DNA of 59,535 nucleotides from Anaerolineae bacterium (lineage in GTDB: Bacteria > Chloroflexota > Anaerolineae > E26-bin7), in NCBI GenBank assembly GCA_041862415.1, contig JBGVTF010000292.1, positions 1-59,535 on the forward strand, in the 5' to 3' direction. The notes under the pieces were generated by a model. That model was given only the letters and a program-made list of their open reading frames with translations. It was not told where the DNA came from and searched no databases. This document shows, in pieces, positions 38,753 through 50,000 of this stretch. The first letter of the stretch is position 1; each line of letters starts with the position of its first letter. A program made the position numbers and the translations under genes.

Positions 38753-39280
38753 TCAATATTCAATCCCTCTCCGCGCCCCGACACCCTCGTTAAAGGGATG
38801 TTTGATGTCCAACATCTCAGTTACCAAGTCTGCTATCTTGACGATTTCAGGATGGGCGTCTCGGCCGGTGAGGATCAACTCAACCTTCTCTGGCTTGTTC
38901 TCCATGAGAGCAAGGACTTCACCCAATCCAATCAGATTGTAGTCCAAGGCGACGTTGACCTCATCCAGGATAACCACATCGTAATCGCCGCTGGCCAGAG
39001 TCCGGCGGGCGTGGTCCAGGGCCTGGTGAGCTTGTTCCACGTCCTCAAGGTCGGGATTATCCTTATCCACGAAATCCGGGCGCCCGAATTGGCGCAGGGT
39101 GATATTGGGCAGCTTCTCTAGGCTGGTCAGTTCGCCATAGTGGAGCCAGCCTTTCATGAACTGGATAATGTAGACCTTCATGTCCTGGCCGGCCGCTCGC
39201 AGGGCTAAACCCAAGGCAGCCGTGGTCTTGCCCTTGCCCGGACCGGTGTAAACCTGGATCAGACCTTTCTCGAGAGGCAT
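38753..39280 (-). CDS. cobO: Cob(I)alamin adenosyltransferase (CobO/BtuR)
   Basis: YTGPGKGKTTAA, QFMKG, LDE, LTGR, KHPF..GIEY. Confidence 0.95.
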   Translation of the reverse strand: MPLEKGLIQVYTGPGKGKTTAALGLALRAAGQDMKVYIIQFMKGWLHYGELTSLEKLPNITLRQFGRPDFVDKDNPDLEDVEQAHQALDHARRTLASGDYDVVILDEVNVALDYNLIGLGEVLALMENKPEKVELILTGRDAHPEIVKIADLVTEMLDIKHPFNEGVGARRGIEY

Positions 39281-39369
39281 CTATCCATGCTCCTTTTTCA
39301 ACGTCGGGGAACCCCCCAACTATACCCAGTGTAGCATACAAATCACGCCCCGTCAATAGGTATTATTGG

Positions 39370-39792
39370 CTATTCGTGTGCTGTCGTTGATTTAGGATAC
39401 TCGTACAATTCTATCAACACGCCGTGGGTGCTCTTGGGATGAATGAAGGCGAACCTCTCCCCTTCAGGGCCCGTGCGCGGCATCTCATCAATCAGTTGCA
39501 GGCCCTTTTCCCGCAGCTTGGCTAACGCTTCTTCAATGTCGTCAACTTCCAGGCAAAGGTGATGGATGCCCTCTCCTCGCTTCTGCAAGAACTTGGCCAC
39601 GCCGCTATCACTGGTGACGGGCTGCACCAGTTCGATCTCGCTCTCCCCGGTGGGCAGAAAGGCGATCGTCACTGCCTGATCGGGCCTCTCCTGGATTCTA
39701 GCCAGGCTGAGCCCCAGGGCTTGCTGGTAGACTTTCAGTGCTTCCTCAATGTCGTTGACGACGACGCCAATGTGGTCAATTCTTGTGATCAT
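39370..39792 (-). CDS. mce: Methylmalonyl-CoA epimerase
   Basis: IDHIG, IELVQP, RGEGIHH, FIHPKSTHGVLIEL. Confidence 0.92.
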   Translation of the reverse strand: MITRIDHIGVVVNDIEEALKVYQQALGLSLARIQERPDQAVTIAFLPTGESEIELVQPVTSDSGVAKFLQKRGEGIHHLCLEVDDIEEALAKLREKGLQLIDEMPRTGPEGERFAFIHPKSTHGVLIELYEYPKSTTAHE

Positions 39793-39909
39793 GCCTATCT
39801 CCTTGATATGGACTTGATACTCAGTGGATCATAGCTCCTGCTGGATTACAAATCCAGCAGCCGCGCCGCATGCAAATCCACCGCGAGCAGGGATGGCATC
39901 CACTGATAC

Positions 39910-41640
39910 TCAAAGGGCCACGGCAGGTTTGTATTCGCCAAAGACACGGCGCAGCACTCCACAGATCTCTCCCAGTGTAGCATAGGATTCCACACATTCC
40001 AGAATGACGGGCAACAGGTTTTCATCCCTTCGACCTGGCTCAGGGCAAGCCCCGGCGGCGGTCTCCTTAGCCCTTCGGCTCCGCTCAGGACAGGCCTGTC
40101 GAAGGGCCGTCTGCTCCAATTTTAGGAGAAGATTTTTCACCCTCCCGTTATCACGTCGCTGCTTGAGGGCAGCCAGCCGGGCCATCTGCCTCTCCCGCAC
40201 AGCCGGGTCAACTTTCAAGAGCCGCAGGGAGGTGGTCTCCGAGACGGTGAACTCGTTGACCCCTACCACGATCTGCTCTTTCTGGTCCACAGCCCGCTGG
40301 TAGCGATAGGCGCTCTCCTGGATCTCCCTCTGGATGTAACCGCTTTCTATGGCAGCCAGGGCCCCGCCCATGGCGTCAGTCTTCTCGATGTATTCCTGGG
40401 CCCGCTTTTCGATTTCGCCCGTCAGGTACTCGACGAAATAGCTCCCGGCCAGCGGGTCAATGGTATCGGCCACACCGCTCTCGTGGGCGATGATCTGCTG
40501 GGTGCGCAGGGCGATGCGCACCGAGTCCTCAGTGGGCAACGAGAGGGCTTCGTCACGAGAGTTGGTGTGCAGCGACTGGGTGCCGCCCAGCACGGCAGCG
40601 AGCGCCTGTAACGTCACCCGCACCACGTTGTTGTCCGGCTGCTGAGCAGTCAGGGTGCAACCCGCCGTCTGGGTGTGGAAGCGCATCATCCATGAGCGAG
40701 GGTTTTGCGCCCTAAAGCGATCCTTCATGATGCGCGCCCACAGCCGCCGCGCTGCCCTGAACTTGGCCGCCTCTTCAAAGAGATCATTGTGGGCACCGAA
40801 GAAGAAGGAGAGACGAGGGGCGAAATCGTCCACATCCAATCCCACATCAACGGCGGCCTGCACGTAGGCGATGGCGTTGGCCAGAGTGAAGGCCACTTCC
40901 TGGACAGCGGTGGAGCCGGCCTCGCGGATGTGATAACCGGAGATGCTGATGGTGTTCCAGAGGGGCAGGTTGTCCTTGCAGTAGCGGAAAGTATCGGTGA
41001 TCAAACGCATGGAGGGTTCGGGGGGGAAGATGTAGGTCCCGCGGGCTACATATTCCTTGAGGATGTCGTTCTGGATAGTGCCTCTGAGCCTGGACACCTC
41101 CACGCCTTGCTTCTTAGCCACGGCAATGTACATAGCCAGTAGGACCGCTGCCGGGGCGTTGATGGTCATGGAGGTGGAGACCTTATCCAGGGGAATGCCA
41201 TTGAAAAGGGTCTCCATGTCTTCCAAAGAGGATATGGCAACCCCAACCTTGCCCACCTCGCCCTCGGCCAAATCGTGGTCAGAGTCATAGCCGATTTGGG
41301 TGGGCAGATCGAAGGCCACCGAAAGACCCGTCTGGCCCTGCTCCAGCAGATATTTGTAGCGCTGATTGGACTCCTCGGCCGTGGCGTAACCCGCGTATTG
41401 GCGCATGGTCCACAGCCGGCCCCGGTACATGGTGGGCTGCACACCCCGGGTGAAGGGATACTGGCCGGGGAAAGCCAGGTCGCAGATGTAATCCGCTCTC
41501 ACATCATCGGGTGTGTAGACCCGCTCAATCGGGATGCCGGAGGTGGTCTCAAAGCTCTGGCGGCGTTCAGGGAAGCGGTCCAGGGTCTTATGTAAGGTAC
41601 TTTGTTCCCATTCATTTTTGAGTTCAGCGATGTCTGTCAT
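39910..41640 (-). CDS. Methylmalonyl-CoA mutase, substrate-binding subunit (split type)
   Basis: [13 protein letters not shown] (Tyr specificity residue), [24 protein letters not shown]; no B12 domain. Confidence 0.95.
   Translation of the reverse strand: MTDIAELKNEWEQSTLHKTLDRFPERRQSFETTSGIPIERVYTPDDVRADYICDLAFPGQYPFTRGVQPTMYRGRLWTMRQYAGYATAEESNQRYKYLLEQGQTGLSVAFDLPTQIGYDSDHDLAEGEVGKVGVAISSLEDMETLFNGIPLDKVSTSMTINAPAAVLLAMYIAVAKKQGVEVSRLRGTIQNDILKEYVARGTYIFPPEPSMRLITDTFRYCKDNLPLWNTISISGYHIREAGSTAVQEVAFTLANAIAYVQAAVDVGLDVDDFAPRLSFFFGAHNDLFEEAAKFRAARRLWARIMKDRFRAQNPRSWMMRFHTQTAGCTLTAQQPDNNVVRVTLQALAAVLGGTQSLHTNSRDEALSLPTEDSVRIALRTQQIIAHESGVADTIDPLAGSYFVEYLTGEIEKRAQEYIEKTDAMGGALAAIESGYIQREIQESAYRYQRAVDQKEQIVVGVNEFTVSETTSLRLLKVDPAVRERQMARLAALKQRRDNGRVKNLLLKLEQTALRQACPERSRRAKETAAGACPEPGRRDENLLPVILECVESYATLGEICGVLRRVFGEYKPAVAL
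40026..40107. repeat. Two REP-like palindromes in frame within the mutase gene
   Basis: CCCTTCGACCTGGCTCAGGGCAAGC and GCCCTTCGGCTCCGCTCAGGACAGGCCTGTCGAAGGGC, same family as 12418-12436. Confidence 0.75.
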
Positions 41641-41709
41641 TTTCCCATCCTTTGACTTTGAACCAGCGGGCTCATCAGAAGATCGTGACCCAAGCCGTCC
41701 GAATCACCC

Positions 41710-42410
41710 TCACGCCAGCGATAAGGGTGCCGACAGCGATGAACATGTAGCGGCTGAGCTTGCCCCTGAGGGTGGCAGAGGCCTTAGAGGCATCTGATGC
41801 ACGAGGCCAGCCTGCAAAGCCGCTTCGGAAGGGTCATCGGGTTCGGCACGCACCAGTTCGGTGATAAGGGCCACCTTTTGTCCGTTGACAGTGCCCACAC
41901 GAGCCACGATACCGAGTACCACAGCCGGAAGTGCCTTGCCCGCAGGCGGGTAATAGTGCTTGGTCTTCAGCCCACGCAACGTTGGACGCCAGTAGGGTGT
42001 GAGGTCAACTGCCTTTGCACGATAACCGGCGTAGCGATGCTCCTGCCACTGTCCTTGTCCCACCACATAGCCTTCCCAAGCAGAGAGCAGGTCCATGATG
42101 TCCCAGGCACCATACCGGAAGGCGGCCCACGCGCGACGTATCGTCGCAGGCAGTAGATCGATCGCTTGCAGCGCAGGGAAAAGCGCTCCCCGACTGGGCA
42201 ATAGGGCTCCACTGATCTGCATCCATAGGAAATGTAAAAGTGCCAGATTCGTTCCGATGGGTAACCCCTGCGCGACCGCGCACAGGGCTTCCATCGTTTG
42301 CGATATCGCTATGGCTAGTAGTGACATTCGGCTCAACTCCAGGCGAGGTAGATATATCCCTACTTTGCCACAGTTTCACCGAGTGGCAAGCTGATTTACC
42401 GGAAACTAAA
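41710..42410 (-). mobile_element. Truncated IS (DDE transposase N-terminal fragment)
   Basis: LP.GTNLALL..LW..SG.LL.SRGA.FPAL..AF.YG.W..VDLT pattern resembles Chloroflexota DDE transposases; similarity ends at ~41795; abuts a truncated gene. Confidence 0.6.
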
Positions 42411-42989
42411 GTAGCTAAAGACCGCAGAAACAGCTCCCATCAGAGAGCTTACTAAGCAAAGTTGAAACAGGTGGAAAGGTGAGGAGACAGGTTTTACCTC
42501 TACACTGTTCAAGACTATTCCCAGGGCTCTACCATCACCCGGTGGGACAAAAGTGTCGGATTTTATCTTTAAGAGGAGATCTCTTGGTGTAGGAAAGAGA
42601 GGTGGATGGTAGAGAAACTGATGGGCCCAGATCCCATTCTGCATGATGAAATCTGCCAGTACCGTTCCGTTGGCTATCAGGGAAACCCTGGGCAAGGGTT
42701 GCCCTTCCGGTCGGGCCGCATCGGCCCCCAGGATAATTTCCAGGGGCAAAGAGCCCAGACTTGGTATCTTTATGTAGGCCGAGTCCTTAGTCCATCGAAA
42801 AGGGTAGAATTCACCCCGCTCTCTAGAATTGAAATTGCGGAGATAGCGCTCATCGCCCTCCGTCCTCAGGTTGATAAAGATGGGTGAAGGTAAAGTGATT
42901 CGGTAGATACAGAATAGTACTACCAGCGACAGAAACAGTAACACCCATAAACGTCTATCTCTCCACTCCCTCAGAGTGTGCTGAAGCAT
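42396..42989 (-). pseudogene. Membrane protein with an FRWT..DxRxLG-type extracellular domain, truncated at the IS
   Basis: TM, FRWT, GDGRALGI, then a TM cut off at the IS boundary. Confidence 0.55.
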
Positions 42990-43165
42990 ATAACAAGCCT
43001 TTCTGCCTGATGTAGATTTTATCTCCTTTCCATCAGGTACAGTATCCTTTTGGAGTTCCGAATCTGTTCAAAACGCTTTATTACACGTTTACTTGGCGGT
43101 AAATCGAGCCATCCCGGACAAAGAGGAACCCATTGGGGTCCCGAAACGAACCGGGAATGTTGCCT

Positions 43166-43498
43166 TCAGTCATCATCCCTTTCCGATTGTGCATCTTGAA
43201 CAGTGGGGCCCACATTCCCGTTTGTCGGGACCGGCGTGCTCATATCCTGGCCGGGTTCTTGTGCAGTTGCTTTCGATTCCGAAGAACCCTTGCCAAAGAA
43301 TCCTACGATCCTTCCCCAGAACACCTTGAGCACAAACAATGCCCCGAACAGACTGGCGATGAGTATCTGAAGGATGTAGCTGCCGGCTCCCGGATCCAAA
43401 TACGCATGCGCCTCCCGTGCCAGAAGCAGCGAGACCAACACAGCCAACAGGGCATACGAACTTGTCTTTGATACAAATCGTTTCAGCTTTATCATCAT
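43166..43498 (-). CDS. Small secreted/membrane protein with AxA-YLDPGxGS motif
   Basis: Signal peptide ending AHA, YLDPGAGS, TM, W..I..FF, disordered tail. Confidence 0.7.
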   Translation of the reverse strand: MMIKLKRFVSKTSSYALLAVLVSLLLAREAHAYLDPGAGSYILQILIASLFGALFVLKVFWGRIVGFFGKGSSESKATAQEPGQDMSTPVPTNGNVGPTVQDAQSERDDD

Positions 43499-43535
43499 TA
43501 CCCTCGTGATATTAAGTGGAGAAACCTTACTTCTC

Positions 43536-46500
43536 CTATTTTACCTCTACCCATCCCAGGTCTATGGCGTGAGCGTTGGGATCATCCTCCCACCACAACC
43601 GGCTCCCGTCCTCCGGCCGCCACAGCCCCAATGTGAAATGATACCGCCCCGGCTTCAATCCCCTCACCTCATCATCCTGATACACTTCCCCCACCCACCA
43701 TCCGGAAGTTGATAACAAATGGTCAAACACCGCATACCCGGCCTCCTTCCTCTGCCCCTCCAACAGCGACTCGTCCTCCACTTCCCCGTGCATCCACAAA
43801 GTATAGTCCTCATCCATCTCCTCAAGACACCGGAAAAAGAGACTCATTTGAGCACAGCCGTTTTCCTGCCTGGTGAGACTGTACCCCAGAAACTCTACCT
43901 TGCCCCCCAAGCTCACACTGATCTTGTGCATTATCTGCTCTGCTATCCGCTCCTCTATCTCCCCAACCTTCTCCTCTTCACCCAACCCTTTGTAAGCCCC
44001 CTTGAATAACCCAAACTCATCTACCCGCCCCGGCTCGACTCCCTCCTCCACTGCCTCCTCGTAGAGTCTCGCTACTTCACTCCGCATCTCTCTATCAGCA
44101 TAAACCTTCGCCAGATCATAGTAGTCATTCCAATTCCCGTCCCACGGACTGCTCACCTGGGCAAAGTCCATCTGGATAGGACCGTCATAATCGGTGCGCG
44201 GGTCTTGCAGCAGGTCCGGAAACACCAGGTCCACCACCCCGCGCCAGCCTACGTTATGCACCGTCTCCCTCAGTTCAGGCACCCTCAGCTCGATCACGTT
44301 CTGACCAGGGGCAGTCAGCGACCTGGCGATTCTGCGTTTTGTGGTCGTGTAGCGGCCTGATCCTATCACCCAGGTTCCCAGGTACTTCTTACGCCAGTAA
44401 GAGTTCGAGAGGTAGACCTCCACCCTGGTCTCCTCTCCCCTGGCCTTCCCCGTCCAACCAGCTACCAACTCCAAACTCTCCCTCTCCCTCAGATTGAACC
44501 GCAGAGTGAGCGGTTCAGTCGGGCTGATGATCTCGCTGCCTCCATAGCTGGCTTTACCAAAACGCCTGATAATGTGCCTCCGCCGACAAGGAATGCCCAA
44601 AGATGCCAGGCTAACTTGTGTCCTCGTCCCGTCATCCCCCTCCAACCTCAGATTGAGTGAGTACATCCCCCCAAGAAGGTAAGGATTGATGGCTATCACG
44701 GCGCTGCCCCGGTAATACTCCCCCTCCTCCCACAACCTGGTCGGCCCTATCTGCAACGTCTCTTGCACCTTGTAGCCACCGTTCCTCAGTTCCACCTGCA
44801 TAGCATAGTCCTTCTCTGCCTCCCGCAGTTTCCGCCAGTAGGTAGTGACCTGGAGCTGATCGCCTGGCTTCGGGTTCCTATCATTCAAGTCGTAGCCCAC
44901 GAACACCAACCCATCGTTGATGTCCACCGCAACTCTGTTCTGCGGCCGGGGCTCAGCCGCCAAAGGGCTCGGCCTCTCGGCGGGCACAACCTCTATCTCT
45001 CCCAGCCTGACCCTGTTCTCTTCATCCACCTCAACATCGCTCACCACCTCCAGCTCCTCTTCCTCATCTCGCACCCCCACCCATAAAGCGTGTCTGACCG
45101 GTGGATAGTCCACCGGCACCTCGACTTGGTATTCCTCCCTGATTACCTCCCCCATCCGCCACATCGAGGTCGGATAGGCCCCGTTCACCCCCTGATGGCT
45201 CTGGTCTATGCGATAGGTCTCGCCATGATACCCGTCAAACTGGGTGACCAGGGTGTAGTCCTCTTCCATCTCCTCCAGGCATTGCCAGAAGTAGGTGATG
45301 CGAAAGGTCGTTCGATGCGCCGGCATCAACTCGGCGTGGGCGTTGAGATACTTCTCCAGCCACGAAGGCCCCTGCTTCTTCTGGACCACCTCCTCCACAT
45401 TGCAACCCAGAAACATCAACTTATCGTCAAAGTTAACCTTAGCTGGGTGTTCGATCCGGGGATTTTGGAGGATGGTGTTGGAACCCGCCTCGCGCAGATC
45501 GAAGAAGGAATAGCCGTAGACGGTCTCCGTAGGGTGGTTCCTGACCAGGTATTCTCTCAATTTCTCGTCGACCGATCCCGCATCACGAAGAATGTAGTGA
45601 CTGTAGGATGGATCTGTTTGTATCCGGCTTGTCAGACCCTGAAGGCTCCTCACCACCGGCCAGGATCTGTCAGCATAGAAAATCATATAGTAATCCTCAA
45701 AATCTCCCATCACAATTGCGTTTCTATCCGTAACCTCATTGATCTTGCTACCTATCAGGAAACGATCGGCGTCTACATACACACTATGAAGACGTCTCAA
45801 GGCAACAGTTGCTTGCGTAGCAAGAAGATAACAGACGATTAAAAAGAATGGTACGGTCAACACCTGTTTGTTGAAAAGGACTTTTTCAGCAACAAATCTT
45901 GCTCCCAGGGCAGCAAGGATGGCAAAAAGTGGGCTAAAATCAAATACCATATCGAAATCATGGATGTAAACCATGTTGCTCAATGCCAGGTTCTGGCTGA
46001 GACCGAAGAGAAAAAGAGCTGCAATGGACATATCTTGGCTCGTCAGTTTCTTGTGAAGAGGCATGGAGATGAAATCTATGAGCCACACAACCGATAAAGT
46101 GCAGATAGTAGGGGTGAGGAAAAACTTGAAGCGGGCATATGCAATGGCATAGAAATCCCATCTAGTAAATACGTATATGCCTTCCGTAACGCCGCCGGAG
46201 ATTGTCCTCTGCAGAAACTTGTCAAATAATTGTCCAACGCCTCCTTTCCCCACTAATAAGTAACTCCAGCCCAAGTGAGCAGCCAGGAGCATTACTGGCA
46301 AGAGGCCAAAAGATAGCACGAATTTTAGGTTTTTGGTCCCCCTGTACTCGCAGACCAGATAGTGCAAAAGAAGCGGCGGAACCACAAAGTAGGAAGGCCA
46401 GTCTGATAATGCAGCCAGGATAAAACTAGGGTATATGGCAGCATACCATTTCGTGCTCCTCGTTTCCACCCACCGTAGATAAGAAGCAATGGTCAGCCAT

Positions 46501-47036
46501 GAGAAGAACGAACCCAAGATATGTGGAACAGGAAGCGCACTGTAATAGGCTTGCACCGGGAGCAGAGCAAAAAAGAGAGAGGCGATCAAAGCTATTCCCT
46601 TGCCACCTAACTTGCGGCCTAGCCAAAAAACAAGCGGTAGAAGCCCCAATGAGGTAAGTAGGGGGACCAGCCTGATGCTCCATTCATGGATGCCGAAGAG
46701 ACGGTAGCTCAGCGATATTAACAGCGGTAGCAGAGGAGGATGGTCAACGCGGTAATGGAATGGCTTGGCCCATCCATGATGTTGGACCAGCCCGAGTTTG
46801 GTTTCAAGATAGCCGAACTTCAGGTAGTTTCGGGCCACGCCACCCCATTCGCACAGAGTGAAACCATGCCAGCCATCTAGCGGGACGCCGCGCAACGAAA
46901 TGCCGTAATGAGTGCTATCCCATCCAGGTTCAGCTATTCTGTAGCAGCGAAGCACTGCAGCGAGTATCAGAATTGGAACGAGAACCAGATACTCTGCCTT
47001 CCCCTTCTGGCAAAGACGCTTCCAGAATGCCAGCAC
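43536..47036 (-). CDS. GT-C (ArnT/PMT, GT83/GT39-like) glycosyltransferase with large extracellular C-terminus, paralog 3
   Basis: DHPPL, LFGIHEWSIRL, many TMs; three F.GY..W beta domains; GTG start after AGGAGG. Confidence 0.85.
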   Translation of the reverse strand: MLAFWKRLCQKGKAEYLVLVPILILAAVLRCYRIAEPGWDSTHYGISLRGVPLDGWHGFTLCEWGGVARNYLKFGYLETKLGLVQHHGWAKPFHYRVDHPPLLPLLISLSYRLFGIHEWSIRLVPLLTSLGLLPLVFWLGRKLGGKGIALIASLFFALLPVQAYYSALPVPHILGSFFSWLTIASYLRWVETRSTKWYAAIYPSFILAALSDWPSYFVVPPLLLHYLVCEYRGTKNLKFVLSFGLLPVMLLAAHLGWSYLLVGKGGVGQLFDKFLQRTISGGVTEGIYVFTRWDFYAIAYARFKFFLTPTICTLSVVWLIDFISMPLHKKLTSQDMSIAALFLFGLSQNLALSNMVYIHDFDMVFDFSPLFAILAALGARFVAEKVLFNKQVLTVPFFLIVCYLLATQATVALRRLHSVYVDADRFLIGSKINEVTDRNAIVMGDFEDYYMIFYADRSWPVVRSLQGLTSRIQTDPSYSHYILRDAGSVDEKLREYLVRNHPTETVYGYSFFDLREAGSNTILQNPRIEHPAKVNFDDKLMFLGCNVEEVVQKKQGPSWLEKYLNAHAELMPAHRTTFRITYFWQCLEEMEEDYTLVTQFDGYHGETYRIDQSHQGVNGAYPTSMWRMGEVIREEYQVEVPVDYPPVRHALWVGVRDEEEELEVVSDVEVDEENRVRLGEIEVVPAERPSPLAAEPRPQNRVAVDINDGLVFVGYDLNDRNPKPGDQLQVTTYWRKLREAEKDYAMQVELRNGGYKVQETLQIGPTRLWEEGEYYRGSAVIAINPYLLGGMYSLNLRLEGDDGTRTQVSLASLGIPCRRRHIIRRFGKASYGGSEIISPTEPLTLRFNLRERESLELVAGWTGKARGEETRVEVYLSNSYWRKKYLGTWVIGSGRYTTTKRRIARSLTAPGQNVIELRVPELRETVHNVGWRGVVDLVFPDLLQDPRTDYDGPIQMDFAQVSSPWDGNWNDYYDLAKVYADREMRSEVARLYEEAVEEGVEPGRVDEFGLFKGAYKGLGEEEKVGEIEERIAEQIMHKISVSLGGKVEFLGYSLTRQENGCAQMSLFFRCLEEMDEDYTLWMHGEVEDESLLEGQRKEAGYAVFDHLLSTSGWWVGEVYQDDEVRGLKPGRYHFTLGLWRPEDGSRLWWEDDPNAHAIDLGWVEVK

Positions 47037-47074
47037 TCCTGTCCTCCTATCCGATGATGAGTGGAGATTCCGCC

Positions 47075-50000
47075 CTACTTCACCTCCACCCAACCCAAGT
47101 CTATGATGTGTCCCTCGGGATCATCCTCCCTCCACAGCCGGCTCCCATCCTCCGGTCGCCATAACCCCAGGGTGAAATGATACTGTCCTGGCCTCAACCC
47201 CCTCGCCTCATCATCCTGATACACTTCCCCCACCAGCCATCTGGAAGTTGGCAACAAATGGTCAAACACTGCATACCCGGCCTCTCTTCTCTGTCCCTCC
47301 AACAGCGACTCGTCCTCCACCTCCCCATGCACCCAGAGAGTGTAGTCTTCCTCCATCTCCTCCACACAGCGGAAGAAGAGGCCCATTTGAGTGCAACCAT
47401 CGTCCAGCCTGGTGAGACCATAGCCCAGGAACTCCACCTTCCCTCCCAGGTTCACACTCATCTTGTGCGGTATCCGGCCGGCTATCCGCTCCTCTATCTC
47501 CCTAATCCTCTCCTCTTCCCCCGACGCCTCATAGGCTCCTTTGAACAACGAAAAGTCGTCAACTCGCTCCGGTTCAAGCCCCTCCTCCACCGCTTCCTCG
47601 TACAGTCTTACCACTTCGCCTTGCATCCCTCTCTCGGCGTAAACCTTCGCCAGGTCATAGTAGTCATCCCAATTCCTCTCCCAACGGGTGCTCACTTGGG
47701 CAAAGTCCATCTGGATAGGACCGTCATAGTCGGTGCGCGAGTCCTGTAGAAGGTCCGGCAAGACCAGGTCCACCCATCCTCGCCATCCTACGTTGTGCAC
47801 CCTCTCCCTCAGTTCAGGCACCCTCAGCTCGATCACGTTCTCTCCAGGGGCCGTGAATACCTTGCCAATCTTCCGCTTCGTCACCCGATAATCCCCTGAT
47901 TCCACCACCCAAGTTCCCAGGTATCTGTCACGCCAATAGGCATTCGAAATGTAGGCCTCCACTCTTGTTTCCTCCCCTCCTGCCCTGCCCGTCCAGCCAG
48001 CCAGGAGTTCTATAGCCTCTCTCTCTTTGAGATTGAAACACAGAGACAATGGCTTTTCTGGACTGAGGATCTCACCGCCACCGTAGTTTGCTTTCCCCAC
48101 GCGCTTAATGATGTGCCGCCGCTGCCTAGGGTAGACACCCAGAGTGGCCAATCCAATCTCAGTTGTTGACTGACCACTGTCCAAGTCCAACTTCAGGGAG
48201 TATGTACCTTCGAGAGCGTATGGATTCACAGGAATGATGGTATCGGCCCGATAGTATTCACCCTCTTGCCATAGCCTGGTAGGGGCCAAGTCCACAAGCT
48301 GATCCACCTTATACCCACCATCTCCTATCTCAGCCATAATGGTGTAGTCCCTGCCCATTTGCCTTAAACTTTGCCAGTAGGTGGTTATCTTGAGTTCCTC
48401 GCCCGCTGTAGGGTCGCTCTTGTTCAGGTCATAGCCCAGAAACAGTAGTTCATCATTGATGTCCACCTCGACTTTGTTCTGCGGCCGTGGTTCACCCACC
48501 AAAGGCGACGGCCTCTCCACAGGTAGAACCTCTATTTCCCCTAGCCTGACCCTGTCCTCCTCATCTGCCTCAACATCGCTCACCACGTCCAGCCCCTCTT
48601 CTCCATCCCGCACCCCCACCCATAAAGCATATCTTATCGGTGGATAGTCCGCCGGTACCTCCACCTCGTATTCTTCCCTGATTATCTCTCCCACCCGCCA
48701 GAACGAAGTGGGATAGGCACCGTTGACACCTTGGTGGCTCTGCTCTATGCGATAGATTCTACCATACCGCCCTTCAAGCTGCGCTATGAGGGTGTAATCC
48801 TTTTCCAGTTCCTCCAGGCACTGCCAGAAGTAAGTGATTCGAAAAGTGGTGCGATGTTCCGGCAAAAGCTCGGCGTGGGCGTTGAGATACTTCTCCAGCC
48901 AGGAAGGCTCCCTTTTCTTCTGAACCACTTCCTCCACGTTGTAGCCCAGAAACATCAACTTGTCACCAAAGTTGATGCTGGCCGGATGTTCGATCTGAGG
49001 CCTCCGTACGACCACGTTAGACCCCGTCTCCCACAGATCAAACAGACAGTATTTGCCAAAGGTCTGCATGGGATGGTTCCTGATCAGATGCTCTCTCAAG
49101 TCTTTGTCCACTGGCCAAGTGGTGTCCATCACGTAGTGACTGTATGATGAATCCGTTTGCAACCGTCTACTGAGATCGTTGAGGCTGGTTGTAACTGACC
49201 ATGGTCTATCGGCATAGCGAGCCAGACGTAGCTCTGGCTGGAATGAAGCTACCACTTTCGCCTTTTGATCCGTGATTTGGTCTATCTTGGTCCCCAAGAA
49301 ATAGAGGTCGGGCACTATGACCCTGTTATGAAGGTGTTTCAGAGTTGAGATGGACTGCAAGCTACAAAAGTAGCAGATAGCCAGGCCGAACAGGACAGTC
49401 CAGAACCACTTGCCATGTAAAATTCTCTCAGTAATGTATTGCACTCCAAGAGCTGCAGCAATGACAAAGAAAGGAGTTATGTGAAAGAGCATAGTGTAGT
49501 CATGAACGTAGACCCAATTACTGAAGCTCAGATTGTGAGCAAATCCAAAGAAGCCCAAAGCGAGGAGGATGAAACCACTCTGCTTTGAGGAATTCTTTTG
49601 AAGAAGTGAGACAACGAGACGAGCAATTCCTAAGACCGAAAGAAAATAGATCACTGGAGTCAACATCAGCCTGGAACGCACGAGCCCCTGAATGAAGAAA
49701 TCTGACACAGTGAATCTAGGAAAGTCCACCAGTGGGCCGGCGGATACTGTTCTGAAGAGGAACTGGTCAAACAGTCCTTTGAGGATTCCTGTGCCGCCTA
49801 CCCAATAGGCCCAACCAAAGCAAGTAGCAAAGACGGCTATCGGCACCAAGCTAAACAGGATCACAAACCGCAAGTTCCTGAGCCTTCTATATTCGAACAA
49901 TAGGTAGTGCAAAAGAATGACAGGAACTACAAAGTAAGCAACCCAATCCGAGAAGCTACCTAATACGAAGCTCAGGTACATCCCTAGGTAGTATCCCCTT

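Noticed and set aside
39910-41640. Isobutyryl-CoA mutase
   Set aside because: RQYAG has Tyr rather than Phe, and mce is adjacent.
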